From a virus, in the IMG/VR virus record IMGVR_UViG_3300033156_000272, positions 23,094-87,093 of that record: a stretch of 64,000 nucleotides of DNA; one strand, 5' to 3'. Both the position numbers and the translations under genes were made by a program. The notes beneath the pieces were generated by a model that saw nothing but the letters and a program-made list of their open reading frames with translations, did no database searches and was not told the DNA's origin. This document shows, piece after piece, positions 19,378 through 29,311 of the stretch (position 1 is the first letter of the stretch; every line of letters begins with the position of its first letter).

Positions 19378-20258
19378 TATTTTACCTCCGTATTGGGGTA
19401 TGCTGCTATTACTCTATATCCATATTTTTTGATGAGAGAGTCGTACTCTCCTAGTAGGCACTCTTGTATGAAAGGACACCATCCGCAAAGTATCCCTACA
19501 TTTTTTGGGAAGAGTCCTGTTGAACTCTCACTTCTCACTTTTGCGAGCTTTCTATAGAAGGCTGCTACTGTCTGGTTCTTGAATTCGAACTGGAACACCC
19601 CCTTCTCTTTCGGGAATATTATCCTCCCGTACTTGATGGGTTTCGGATTGATCTTATGTACCTCTATTAGATGCTTATACCCCATAAGTTCGAATCGATA
19701 CTTACTATCCATGTACTTGTGATATATCCCTGTCTTATAGTCACTTATGATGCAGTACTTCCCATCGGGTGTATAATCGAGCCTATCTGATGTCCCCGTA
19801 AAGTTAACATCTGGGTCAGTATCATCAAGGGATTGTTCCACTGTAATGGGTGGCCAATATTCAGGGGATGCACAATCTTCAAACCATTCTACATCCATTT
19901 CTATCATGTTGTCGAATAGCATGTCAAGGATGCTGTTAAAACCATATGGAAGTCTCTTCTTATGGTGGCTTACTATATCTTCTGCGGTCATTTTGGTGAG
20001 TTTCTCTGGAGTGAGGTCGTTATATACTTTTTCCATTGAATTATGGAATGCTGTACCAATTACCATGGCGTCTGACTCATCTCCCTGTATCCCAATAAGG
20101 AACGACAACGCAAATCTGTATCTACAGTTGTCGAATGATTGGCAACCAGACTTTCTTAGTTGCATGTGCCCTACGTCTTCGGGGAGAATGTAGTACTCTC
20201 TTGGTCGGTTGGGGTCGAAGTAATTATATAGTCTCATTGGATGTATCATTTTTTTCAC
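19377..20258 (-). CDS. Cas4-like PD-(D/E)XK exonuclease with a probable Fe-S cluster
   Basis: 'GTAFH', 'GTSDRLD...ISDYKTG', C-terminal 'CGWCPFIQEC' plus an N-terminal Cys. Confidence 0.88.
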   Translation of the reverse strand: MKKMIHPMRLYNYFDPNRPREYYILPEDVGHMQLRKSGCQSFDNCRYRFALSFLIGIQGDESDAMVIGTAFHNSMEKVYNDLTPEKLTKMTAEDIVSHHKKRLPYGFNSILDMLFDNMIEMDVEWFEDCASPEYWPPITVEQSLDDTDPDVNFTGTSDRLDYTPDGKYCIISDYKTGIYHKYMDSKYRFELMGYKHLIEVHKINPKPIKYGRIIFPKEKGVFQFEFKNQTVAAFYRKLAKVRSESSTGLFPKNVGILCGWCPFIQECLLGEYDSLIKKYGYRVIAAYPNTEVK

Positions 20259-20922
20259 TTCCCATCGGGTTTATTGCTCCTTCATATATGAGCTTCATGA
20301 AATGAGAATCCTCGTAATTAATTCCTTGGCGAATCCAGTTAGTGTTGTTCTTTTGTATATACATTCTATATATGTCTTCTGGAGTTGCACCGAGTGCGTC
20401 GAACCACGCTAGTAGGAAGTGTAAGAGATCCACTCCTTCTTCTATAGCATGTTCTCTATCAATCGGGTGTTCTTCCTTCCACCATCGATAGTTTAGTTCT
20501 TCTTGCATCTCTGCTAGCTCTTGCCCCATAGCGATTAGTGATTTTTGTAACCATTCTTCTGTAGTTACATTTTGCGGCTTGACAAAATCCGTGAATTGCT
20601 TGTTCCTAAAGAATATATGAGAGAGTCTGTCGTGCTGTATTGATGGATGCAGGTACTTATTGAGATGTGTTTCTATATTGTATAATTCTTTGGATATTAT
20701 ATTCCCATCTTCTTTCTGTTCAATCATGTGTGATAGTATGCGAACACGAGTTTCTATATCAAGTGATTCTATTCCTTTTATGCGTGTCTCTATGAGCAGG
20801 TTCTTTACCTTGTCGAGAATCTTTCTAGCCTCTCTAAGTGCACTATCATCAACAGAAGCGGGAGCAGTTGTTATGTATGTTTCTTCGTCCTTCATTCTCC
20901 TTCCCCCTCGTAGTAAGGACAT
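20224..20922 (-). CDS. Dimeric dUTPase / all-alpha NTP pyrophosphatase (start probably near 20895)
   Basis: 'ELAEM..ELNYRWWK...IEEGVDLLHFLL...YIQKN..NWIRQ'. Confidence 0.9.
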   Translation of the reverse strand: MSLLRGGRRMKDEETYITTAPASVDDSALREARKILDKVKNLLIETRIKGIESLDIETRVRILSHMIEQKEDGNIISKELYNIETHLNKYLHPSIQHDRLSHIFFRNKQFTDFVKPQNVTTEEWLQKSLIAMGQELAEMQEELNYRWWKEEHPIDREHAIEEGVDLLHFLLAWFDALGATPEDIYRMYIQKNNTNWIRQGINYEDSHFMKLIYEGAINPMGSEKNDTSNETI

Positions 20923-21320
20923 TCACCTGATAGTTCTTGCTTCAGGGAATCTTTGCATACTGGATAATGATTGCACGTGTTACATTCTGGGCGAATCACA
21001 CCAAGTATTTCTCCTTGTAGTTCTACTGTGATATGAACTCTTGCATCGTCGTACTTGCTACCATATATATTCAAGTAGTCAGCAACTTCCCATAATAGTC
21101 TGAGACCAGCGTATCTATCCATGCTGAGTTGTTGTTCTGCAGTGGTGAGACCTCTGAGTTCAGTATAGTGCTTCTCTTCTATTATGGACGTTATCCATCG
21201 ACCATTATCACCTACATACTTGACTACATATCCATTGTCTACTGCTGTTAAATGCATTTGTATACATGATGATATGATTGTGTTATACATCTCTTCTTCG
21301 GTTTCTTCGTCGAGCGTCAT
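20892..21320 (-). CDS. Hypothetical protein with a Cys-rich C-terminus
   Basis: Coupled ORF within the operon; CxxCxxxxxC...C. Confidence 0.6.
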   Translation of the reverse strand: MTLDEETEEEMYNTIISSCIQMHLTAVDNGYVVKYVGDNGRWITSIIEEKHYTELRGLTTAEQQLSMDRYAGLRLLWEVADYLNIYGSKYDDARVHITVELQGEILGVIRPECNTCNHYPVCKDSLKQELSGECPYYEGEGE

Positions 21321-21943
21321 TAATTCCCTCTCCTGAGTTTAACTTCAAATCTAGAGTCTAAGAAGTCTGCATATGATACAATTCGCTCTTCAATAGTATC
21401 AGGACCGGGTAAGTATTTGTACCAATGTCCACCGTGACACAAAATCATCCTACTCACGTCTCTAACTTCTTCGGGGGGTAGGTGCAACCCCAGTGTTTTC
21501 TTCGCCCACTGATGACCCTTACTGGCATGGTTCTTGTTACTTGCTCCTTCGATCTTTGCGTAATCGTGGAAAAAGCATGCGAATACTATAAGGTCTATTC
21601 TATCTTGAGTCATTCCTATTTGTAATGCCATATGTTGAGCGAGTCTCATTACATTTGCAGTATGTTTGACCAATATCGTACTCCTATAGATACCATCTGC
21701 TTTCTTCTCTAAATGGTACTTCTGACTCGGAGAACACGGTACAGTATGCCAGAGTTTTATTTTTGTATCATAGTAGTCCTTGCATAGCGCTCTCTTATCT
21801 TTGTCTGCTATCAGTGCAAGCGACTCCATCATCAGATAATGAGACTTGCTATCAAACTCATCAAACTCCTTTATCGATGGTTTCTTTACTCCTTCGAATT
21901 CTTCTTTACTCATTGGCATGTTGAACTTCCTCCGCGTATCCAC
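21320..21943 (-). CDS. HD-domain phosphohydrolase
   Basis: 'KHT..V', 'FFHDYAK', 'NHA..G', 'ILCHGG', 'VSYADFLDS'. Confidence 0.88.
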   Translation of the reverse strand: MDTRRKFNMPMSKEEFEGVKKPSIKEFDEFDSKSHYLMMESLALIADKDKRALCKDYYDTKIKLWHTVPCSPSQKYHLEKKADGIYRSTILVKHTANVMRLAQHMALQIGMTQDRIDLIVFACFFHDYAKIEGASNKNHASKGHQWAKKTLGLHLPPEEVRDVSRMILCHGGHWYKYLPGPDTIEERIVSYADFLDSRFEVKLRRGN

Positions 21944-22106
21944 AGTAAGTGCAGAACATTACAATCTCTTTCGTATCTACATCCATTACTTCTGTGAAGG
22001 TGTGCTTCTCGCATTTCGGACAATCATATAGTTCTTTGTTGGTCGTTAGTCTTACTGCTCTGGGGCTAAATTTCATTTTCTCTTTCCTCCATTTATGCGA
22101 ATGCAA
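21906..22106 (-). CDS. Small zinc-ribbon protein
   Basis: CPKC...CTYCG. Confidence 0.6.
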   Translation of the reverse strand: MHSHKWRKEKMKFSPRAVRLTTNKELYDCPKCEKHTFTEVMDVDTKEIVMFCTYCGYAEEVQHANE

Positions 22107-24522
22107 ACAGTTTCGTTTGCTTCTGGTCTTGTAATATCATTTTGGTAGTGGTATCAATAACATCAAGGATCGGGTCTATCTTATTCTCTATGATCTTCTC
22201 TGTCTGTAGTTTCCAGTCTACCTTGTCTCTCCACGAGATGTTGTACTCGTCTGTCATTTCGAACTCTTTATTCTTTTTGAGTCCGATCCAATCAACATCA
22301 TATATATTGGTTTTCAGCTGAATTCCCTTCTCTTCACAGGCCTTAGGAGCTGTAACATACAGTCTTACACGCCACCAGAACTTCTTCTGCAACAGTACTT
22401 TGTAGTATCTCTCACCACTGAGAGGAGTTTTGTTGAATATATGATCGTAGTAATATAATCCCTTCTTGCTACTTGGTCTATAGTACTCTTCTAGTGGCTT
22501 TGCAACCTTTTGCGGGAGTCCTATCGACTCGAGTGGTTCAGAAGATGCCTTGGCAACTAACTCCTTGATAAAAATGCTAATCTGATTTTCTCCTGCCCCA
22601 CTGAGTATATAATCAAGTAGCTGTTTTTGTGCATATCTACTCCACTTAGCAGCATCGGAACGACGTGCCTCAAATCCTTTGATGTCGAGTTCTCTGATGG
22701 CTGCTCCTTTATTCCATACACGCATCCCGGCGTATCTCTTCTTCTTTCCGTGGAAGAGAATTCGTTCATACACCTTCTCAAACTCTATACGAGGCACGAA
22801 TCTCCAGCTTTCTTCTACTGCCATCTGATCAAATAGCGAATTAACAGTTTCTTCTATCTTCTTCCCCTTCTCTACAGGATTCTCTCCAACCTCAATCAAT
22901 ACGGAATCTGTATCCCCATATATTGGATTGTATCCCAGCTCTTTAGAGAACTCCATGGTCTTTAGAATCATCTTTCTGCCCATGAAAGTTGTACACTCTG
23001 AAATTTGCGGAACGTACAATCTACTAAATGGAAACGCAAACTGCCCATACATAGCTGCAATTAGTTGCTTAATTCCATACTGCATGTTATCGAGTATATT
23101 GTACTTGTTAATGAGGTCCTTGCTCATCGGGTTCTTATTGAGATCCAATTTAAGCATAGACATATCATCCTTTACTTTCATGCGTGCTACAGACAATCGC
23201 TCGAAGATTCGCGGAACAATACCAGGCGTTTTCATATCAACCCATACATTAGCAATCTTCTTCCATCCAGCAATCTCTTTTGTACTGAGAGTCTCTGGAG
23301 ATAGATTATTGCTCCTTATTATAGTAGGATACATCTGCGAGAAGTCGAGTGCGATAACGTTATCATACAACCCTTTCTTTGGTTGAAATACGAATGCACC
23401 CTCATACTTAAGTCTCTCTTCTTTATGTCGGCGGGCGAGTGCATAATGTCCGTGGAATTCGCGGAGAAGCAGTATCTCCACGTACCTCGTTGTCGTTAGT
23501 GTGTCATTAAGACTACACCCTACAACTCTGCTGACGCCATCAAACTGATTGACTATACCGTGCTTGTTGTCAATGGCCCAAGTGCGTTCTACATCACGTT
23601 TATTGTATTCGAGAATTATGTCTATGTGTTTTCGATTCATATAATTTTCGTAATCAAAATCATCAGCTTCCATACTAACCCCATATTGATCTTCTCGCGA
23701 AGCAACCCCTTCTAGTGTATAATCCTCAAACGTCTTTCCCTGGAAGTATTTCTTAAACCCGTCCATCAAGTCAAAGATCTGAATTCCTACTATCTTCTTG
23801 TCATTCATTCCTGTCTCACGAATTATTCTGACGGGACTCATCCTCTCTGCTTCAACCTTGCATCTCTTTGCTCTATTGACTATTGTCTTTACGTCAAACT
23901 GAGGGTTCCACCCGATCCAAACGTCTGGCTGTTTTTCTTTGATCCAATCAATAAATGCCATGATCATGTGTCGCTCTTCACTAGGTTTACATGCAGTCAT
24001 GGTGAAGTCTTCAATCTCTCCGGTATTGGGATTATGGTATTTTGCTACAATTGTAAGAATCATGTTTCTTGCTTTATCGGGGTCGGGGAATGCTCCGCGA
24101 GTTTCTACTTCTGTATCAACGTGGACTCTTGTTAGGCGGCATTCGGGATTTTCTGCGGGTATCACATCTCCAGTATCTGTGATTTGAAATCCTGCAAATA
24201 TCTTACGGTCGATGAGACATCTAATCTCGTAAAGTACGTCACTTTCAAAAGTGTATGAAAAGGTATCTCTTTTCTTAGCAACGTCGCTCGGTATTCTTGT
24301 TTCTACTTTCGAACAATTAACAATCTTGGGGCCAGACTTAGCTGTCTTAATCCCCTTATAAACCCCTCCAGGATCCTCGTAGTAAAAATACGGTGCTGGT
24401 GAATTCCACCCAAAGCACTTCTTTTCCTTGCCGTCAGGAGAACGTCCTATGAGGAAAATAACGGGCTCGTTCTCTATGATTTTATAGCAAGAATCAACCA
24501 GTAAGTAGTTCATCAATATCAC
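22093..24522 (-). CDS. polB: Family B DNA polymerase
   Basis: Exonuclease motifs DTE, 'GWN..FD', 'YNKRDV'; polymerase motifs 'DFSQMYP', 'K...AAMYG', 'YGDTDS', 'KKRYAG'; C-terminal PIP-box-like 'QTKLFAF'. Confidence 0.97.
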   Translation of the reverse strand: MILMNYLLVDSCYKIIENEPVIFLIGRSPDGKEKKCFGWNSPAPYFYYEDPGGVYKGIKTAKSGPKIVNCSKVETRIPSDVAKKRDTFSYTFESDVLYEIRCLIDRKIFAGFQITDTGDVIPAENPECRLTRVHVDTEVETRGAFPDPDKARNMILTIVAKYHNPNTGEIEDFTMTACKPSEERHMIMAFIDWIKEKQPDVWIGWNPQFDVKTIVNRAKRCKVEAERMSPVRIIRETGMNDKKIVGIQIFDLMDGFKKYFQGKTFEDYTLEGVASREDQYGVSMEADDFDYENYMNRKHIDIILEYNKRDVERTWAIDNKHGIVNQFDGVSRVVGCSLNDTLTTTRYVEILLLREFHGHYALARRHKEERLKYEGAFVFQPKKGLYDNVIALDFSQMYPTIIRSNNLSPETLSTKEIAGWKKIANVWVDMKTPGIVPRIFERLSVARMKVKDDMSMLKLDLNKNPMSKDLINKYNILDNMQYGIKQLIAAMYGQFAFPFSRLYVPQISECTTFMGRKMILKTMEFSKELGYNPIYGDTDSVLIEVGENPVEKGKKIEETVNSLFDQMAVEESWRFVPRIEFEKVYERILFHGKKKRYAGMRVWNKGAAIRELDIKGFEARRSDAAKWSRYAQKQLLDYILSGAGENQISIFIKELVAKASSEPLESIGLPQKVAKPLEEYYRPSSKKGLYYYDHIFNKTPLSGERYYKVLLQKKFWWRVRLYVTAPKACEEKGIQLKTNIYDVDWIGLKKNKEFEMTDEYNISWRDKVDWKLQTEKIIENKIDPILDVIDTTTKMILQDQKQTKLFAFA

Positions 24523-25246
24523 TTGTTTCCAGTGCCTTCTGCTCTAACCACTTGGTGAGCTTAATGGCGATTGTTTTTCTAACATCATCCCAGATCCAGT
24601 TGTATTCGATATCAATATCAAGAGCATCTCTTAATATGTTGATGGAGTCGTTGTTAATTCTCTCTCGAATACAACCAATCTCTGTCGCCTTGATTGGCAG
24701 TGTTGTGTCGAAAGAGTTTGCAACTCCTCTGATGAGTGCGAACTCTTCCATGCTGTTGATCCCCAGAACATGAATTTTTGTCGGAGGGATGATTCTTCTC
24801 AATCCTCTCGCAAGTTCAACTCTGTCAAAAGGGAGGTGTTTTGGTAGTGCAAACCCGTCAACCGGATATCTATCATTATTGAGGAGGTCAGCCTTCTCCA
24901 TCGCCTCTTCTGGGGTGTCTGCCCACAATGAAGCATACACAGCTATTCTGTCATCGTCTCCTAGTCGGTGATAAAATTGTGGGAGGAAGTCCCGAGTCAT
25001 TTCATTAGTGAGTTCAGGCTCCTTCATCTGATCGGGAGCAATAATAGCTACACTCTTAACTCCAGCATTTAAGAGCTCTTGAGCTAGCATAATGAGTGTC
25101 ATATTGTCAACAGAGCAATCCTCGTAGGCTCCGTTGTCAAGCATTACACCCTTATTCTTGTAGTCACCAAAATCGCATATTCTCGTACGCGTAGCGACCA
25201 AAAAATAAGAGTCGAAGGGGGTTGGGGTAGGTTGGTAGTACTTCAT
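24494..25246 (-). CDS. TGT/DpdA-like TIM-barrel guanine transglycosylase-family protein
   Basis: 'VMLDNGAYE', 'IIAPD', 'IHVLG', 'NSFDTT.P'; co-occurs with folE2/queCDE; overlaps polB. Confidence 0.75.
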   Translation of the reverse strand: MKYYQPTPTPFDSYFLVATRTRICDFGDYKNKGVMLDNGAYEDCSVDNMTLIMLAQELLNAGVKSVAIIAPDQMKEPELTNEMTRDFLPQFYHRLGDDDRIAVYASLWADTPEEAMEKADLLNNDRYPVDGFALPKHLPFDRVELARGLRRIIPPTKIHVLGINSMEEFALIRGVANSFDTTLPIKATEIGCIRERINNDSINILRDALDIDIEYNWIWDDVRKTIAIKLTKWLEQKALETSDIDELLTG

Positions 25247-25250
25247 GAGT

Positions 25251-26150
25251 TTATCCTTCTGGCTTTTCGAAGTCGTCTATGAGTTCTCTCAATCCATACC
25301 ATTCAGCCTTGTCGTTTGTTACCCTGGCTACGAGGTACTTCTTTCCCTCGAGGTGTAGCGCACCTTTGGCTTTGTCGACAGTAGCCCAGATTTCAACCTT
25401 TTCCGTTTCAGGGTGCTGAGAACGTTCGAGGCTTATCTTCTGAAACATCATACCAGGGGTAGTGCTTACCCAGTCTGGGTGATAACCTGTTATCTGGAGT
25501 TCTCTTCCGCCACCGGCCTTGGGAACGTATTTCTTAGCTGCCTTCAAGTGTGTGGTACAAATAAACCTGCACTTAAGTGACCGGAGGAGTAACACTGCAG
25601 TATTGAAGTGTCTGTTTCTATTGCTCCATTGCCACTGATCTTTAATCTGTGTTTTGGGGTCTATCTTGAGGTCTTCATACCTCATTACATACTCACACCA
25701 TTTAAGCAGTGTATCGAGTCCGTCACAAGCTACTGTGGCTATATTTAGGGACTGTTCATTCCTCACGATGTATCTAATTACACTTAGCAACTTCACGTAT
25801 GAAGCCACATAGTCAATTCCTCCGTTATCATCAACAACTAAACAGTTGAGGATAACTATAGATTCATCTCCCGGAAAATACTTGTCCTTCAGTGGGCCAC
25901 AGCTATCATCGAGATCCAGAACGAAGATGTCCTTCTTTTCTTTAATATCTTTCTTCGTTCTGCTATCCAGAAGTATCCCAGACTTACCAACGCCATCAAA
26001 TCCGACGAGAGCCATGCATATCGGAGAGCATTTCGTGTTCCTGCTGATTTCTATTAGTTTCTCTACTTCATCATCCGAGAGAACATTATTCTCTACAAAT
26101 GCATCAGCGCCTTCTTCTACTTTTCCTGCTTTCTTGCTTCCGAGTGACAT
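25251..26150 (-). CDS. AAA_24/Sak4-like P-loop ATPase (recombination/annealing)
   Basis: 'GFDGVGKS', 'VLDLD', 'VACDGLD', 'FICTTH'; adjacent to the SSB-like gene. Confidence 0.75.
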   Translation of the reverse strand: MSLGSKKAGKVEEGADAFVENNVLSDDEVEKLIEISRNTKCSPICMALVGFDGVGKSGILLDSRTKKDIKEKKDIFVLDLDDSCGPLKDKYFPGDESIVILNCLVVDDNGGIDYVASYVKLLSVIRYIVRNEQSLNIATVACDGLDTLLKWCEYVMRYEDLKIDPKTQIKDQWQWSNRNRHFNTAVLLLRSLKCRFICTTHLKAAKKYVPKAGGGRELQITGYHPDWVSTTPGMMFQKISLERSQHPETEKVEIWATVDKAKGALHLEGKKYLVARVTNDKAEWYGLRELIDDFEKPEG

Positions 26151-26161
26151 GTATCATCGCC

Positions 26162-27211
26162 TCAATTTACGCGCTCTACGGCGTTCATTGGTGATTCGTC
26201 AGCCGGTATCTTAGACTCCTCGGGTGCATATAGACCAGTTACCTGTATAACAACACGCTCTTCGTCGTTGTAGGTAGACAGATTGGGTCGTCCGCAAACG
26301 ATCACTCTGCTTCCCTGCCCGAAATCAATTGCGTCGAACAGATATTCCGGTATGAAACACACAATACCAGGGTCTTCTATGTCACGAGTTTCGTCGTCCA
26401 GAACCATCATTCGCGATCCACCACGTTCGTCTCTTGCAATAAACGCAACATCACCCATAGTTATAGTGAATCGCTGGTTATCGTCGGCAACCTGGTCAAA
26501 GTAGGTTTCTATAGCACCAAGTTCTATTGCGTGTCCTTCGAGATCTCCCTCTATATCTTCGAGTATAACATCAAAGTCACTATCTGGTGCATCTGCTACG
26601 TCGAATACTATTCGGCTATACGGGTTCAACAGCCTGAATCCCTCGGCAGGCGACTTCTTGCTGAGATTCGCACGGAAGCTACTCCACTTGAATACAGGAA
26701 TATCGATCTTTCCTGCCAACTGATTTCCCAGAATCATTTTGAAGGGCCAAAGATTGCCATCTTCATCCTTTGCGACTCCTTTCACATTCTGCAGAAATTC
26801 GTTCTCAGGAAGAGGCTTTCCGAAGTTGTTGTTTGGTCTGCTTCCTATCGCTTCCCTAGTATCTAACGGGATTCCATTATCGTCGGTAAAACCCTCGTCA
26901 ACTGCCTTGTCGGGATCCGTCTTGAAAAGCTCTATAGCTGCCGCCCTGGTACTTGCAATTATATCAAAGGGATTCTCTATAGAGAACAAAAATCCCTCAT
27001 AGGTTTTCGCAGGGCTTCTAAGCTGGCTTTTGAAGTCAGATCGCAGCTGTGCCAGAACGCGCTTTTGAATTAGTGTGTCGTCTGCGTCAGGCAATGCTTC
27101 CCGCATCTGCACATTTTCCTTCTCTACCAGCTCTTTGAAGGCATCTGATCCGATGCCTAGCTTTTCCTTGAAGAGCTTTTCTAGCTCTTTCATTACGTCT
27201 TTCTTAGCCAT
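26162..27211 (-). CDS. Putative OB-fold single-stranded DNA-binding protein (RPA-like)
   Basis: Acidic; C-terminal OB-like 'MGDV..I....RMMVLDD...CF....FGQGSRVIVCG...IQVTGLY'; within the replication module. Confidence 0.65.
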   Translation of the reverse strand: MAKKDVMKELEKLFKEKLGIGSDAFKELVEKENVQMREALPDADDTLIQKRVLAQLRSDFKSQLRSPAKTYEGFLFSIENPFDIIASTRAAAIELFKTDPDKAVDEGFTDDNGIPLDTREAIGSRPNNNFGKPLPENEFLQNVKGVAKDEDGNLWPFKMILGNQLAGKIDIPVFKWSSFRANLSKKSPAEGFRLLNPYSRIVFDVADAPDSDFDVILEDIEGDLEGHAIELGAIETYFDQVADDNQRFTITMGDVAFIARDERGGSRMMVLDDETRDIEDPGIVCFIPEYLFDAIDFGQGSRVIVCGRPNLSTYNDEERVVIQVTGLYAPEESKIPADESPMNAVERVN

Positions 27212-27229
27212 TTTATTTTTCCTCCTTGT

Positions 27230-27285
27230 TTTTACTCATCACGCTTTTACTCATCACGCTTTTACTCATCACGCTTTTACTCATC
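27230..27285. repeat. 3.7 x 15-nt perfect tandem repeat (TTTTACTCATCACGC)
   Basis: Read directly; repeats the GAT GAG TAA end of the AbrB-like gene. Confidence 0.95.
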
Positions 27286-27471
27286 GGTTTCCATATCATC
27301 TTCATGGTCTTTTTCGAATGCATACTTCTCTTTTCCTTCAGGCGATAGAACTCGCACTACTTGCAAGAAGATTACATCTCCTGCTTCGATGCCCAGTAGG
27401 TCGCGAATTTTTTTACGAACCGTGACCTGGCTGTTTTTCGCTACTGTCGACTCAAATACTTGTTGTTCCAT
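27277..27471 (-). CDS. AbrB/MazE-like transcription regulator
   Basis: 'STVAKNSQVTVRKKIRDLLGIEAGDVI'. Confidence 0.85.
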   Translation of the reverse strand: MEQQVFESTVAKNSQVTVRKKIRDLLGIEAGDVIFLQVVRVLSPEGKEKYAFEKDHEDDMETDE

Positions 27472-27529
27472 GATGTCACCGATATGTTCGTGTGGTATTT
27501 TTCCACTATTATAGTTATCCCTTTAATAG

Positions 27530-27551
27530 TATTAATACTATATGTAATTAC
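27530..27551 (-). promoter_or_regulatory. Promoter: GTAATTAC-N6-TATTAATA
   Basis: Matches the recurring consensus; upstream of the AbrB/SSB/PolB operon. Confidence 0.6.
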
Positions 27552-28074
27552 ATTTTCAATGGTTCTTCTTCACTGGAAACTGCCACCTTCTTCACGGTCT
27601 TCTTCTCTATCAGCTGTACCCTTGTAATGTCCATCTTAGGATGAATTTCTCTAAACATTTTCAGTGCAGTCTCTAGATCGTCGGCCTCATATACTCCGAC
27701 GACTTTTGCAAGTGTCCATCGAACCGTTGTGTTACTCATTGATCAGGTCACCCCTCTCAATGTAAAATCCAGTTGTTGCTATTATACACACGATCCACAG
27801 TATGAGCATACCACACAGAGCGTTTCCAGATAATAAATTATGTTCAACTAATAACTTAGTAAAGTAGAACAATAGTATAAGTACTACTATTCGTGTGATA
27901 CCACCAAAGTCTAGTTTCCATGCCATTGAATTCATTAGATCACCTCAATCAATTAACTCTAATGCTTCCTCTTCTATACTTATGGACCAGTGAATGGTAG
28001 GCAGGTCCATTACTCGTTTCATGGATCGATATCAATACATGACTTAATTCTACCGGATCTGTTATAATACACAC

Positions 28075-28344
28075 TCATATCACCTCGGGGAGATAATAAT
28101 ATCCTTCATCATCAGTTATGTAGAATCTTCTAGTTCTTGGAATATTCATTCCTGAAAATATATCGAATATATCATTACCATTCCTCACTACTACTGACAT
28201 AGGATATCTTCCATGTCCACAACAACAACCCAGTGTCTCTACGCCACATTCATTAAGAGAAACTATGAACTCTTGCATACAACCATCTACTCTAAATTTT
28301 CTTCCCCTTACTTGTATCATTCTTGAGTTTCTTGTATTACACAC
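28075..28344 (-). CDS. Hypothetical viral protein with a CCxGH motif
   Basis: 'VD.C....V..LN..GVET..CCCGHG'. Confidence 0.65.
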   Translation of the reverse strand: MCNTRNSRMIQVRGRKFRVDGCMQEFIVSLNECGVETLGCCCGHGRYPMSVVVRNGNDIFDIFSGMNIPRTRRFYITDDEGYYYLPEVI

Positions 28345-28986
28345 TCATATCACTTCCATTGCGTATAATATATTACGAACATGAGCCCAGTTTTTCACCC
28401 TGAGGAACCCCCCTTCAAATGCGTTGAGATGCCTGTTCCAAGGCTGATCGATGCATAATACTCTCTTGTCATTGTCAACCGCAGTACTGATTGTATTTGG
28501 ATTATCATCAATTACTATATCAATCCAATCAAAAGTTTTTGTTCTGTGATCCATAGAAACGAAAAGTACGGAATAAGGTATCCCAGAAAATTGTTCATGA
28601 AGCCAGTCGAATTTTTGTCGAACCTGCCCTCCATCGTATGTATGGGTTACAAAATAGATTGTATGAAGATTTTTTACAAGAAGCTCTATCACTTCTCTAG
28701 AGTTATCAAACGGGGGGCCGGTATATTCCACATTAACAAACTCTTGCTTGATTCTATCGGCATTCCATTTCTTCAGATATTCTTCAATTCCCCATCCTTT
28801 GATATTAGCTGTTGTGAGGCGTGTATCAAATTCTTCATTATACTTGTTAATGAGTGGTTGTACATTGTCATACAAAGTGCTGTCTATATCTATTCCGACG
28901 TTTAGTCCTTTCTTTACCATGTTCATTGCTCCTATATATTTTCTATTTGTCGCTCGTACATTTCTCATATTTGTCGCTCGTAACAA
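28345..28986 (-). CDS. HAD-family 5'(3')-deoxyribonucleotidase (start probably near 28924)
   Basis: 'GIDIDSTL', 'IYFVT', 'IVIDDNP', 'DQPWNR'. Confidence 0.9.
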   Translation of the reverse strand: MLRATNMRNVRATNRKYIGAMNMVKKGLNVGIDIDSTLYDNVQPLINKYNEEFDTRLTTANIKGWGIEEYLKKWNADRIKQEFVNVEYTGPPFDNSREVIELLVKNLHTIYFVTHTYDGGQVRQKFDWLHEQFSGIPYSVLFVSMDHRTKTFDWIDIVIDDNPNTISTAVDNDKRVLCIDQPWNRHLNAFEGGFLRVKNWAHVRNILYAMEVI

Positions 28987-29311
28987 AGAGTAGTTTCACT
29001 ACTCTTTCTGTTCAGATGGCCGCGTTCCGCGAAGTTTCCTATTACGACCATCTTGTACTTTTCGCACCTTGTCTTTCCGCTCGCCAGCCATATATGCGCG
29101 CACCACCGTCTTCGCAAGATTTATTCTGTCCAGTTTGGTCTCAAACGCCATTGTGCACGATTCTGATACGCCTCGTCTCTCGAGCTCATTCATAATATAT
29201 GCGGCCTCTAAGACTAATATTTCTGTCCGTTCTTCGTCGATTCTGAGGAACAGATTTTTCATAGTTGTCCCGTTTTTTAGTGTCAATTTATCCATCATTA
29301 AGTCTCCTTCA

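Noticed and set aside
19377-20258. Cas4-like gene as evidence of a CRISPR system
   Set aside because: No cas1/cas2 or array is present; it sits in the replication-recombination operon, as solo viral Cas4-like nucleases commonly do.
28068-28356. Repeated ACACTCATATCAC and several proteins ending in 'EVI'
   Set aside because: Explained by the next gene's GAGGTGA RBS overlapping the stop codon (translational coupling).
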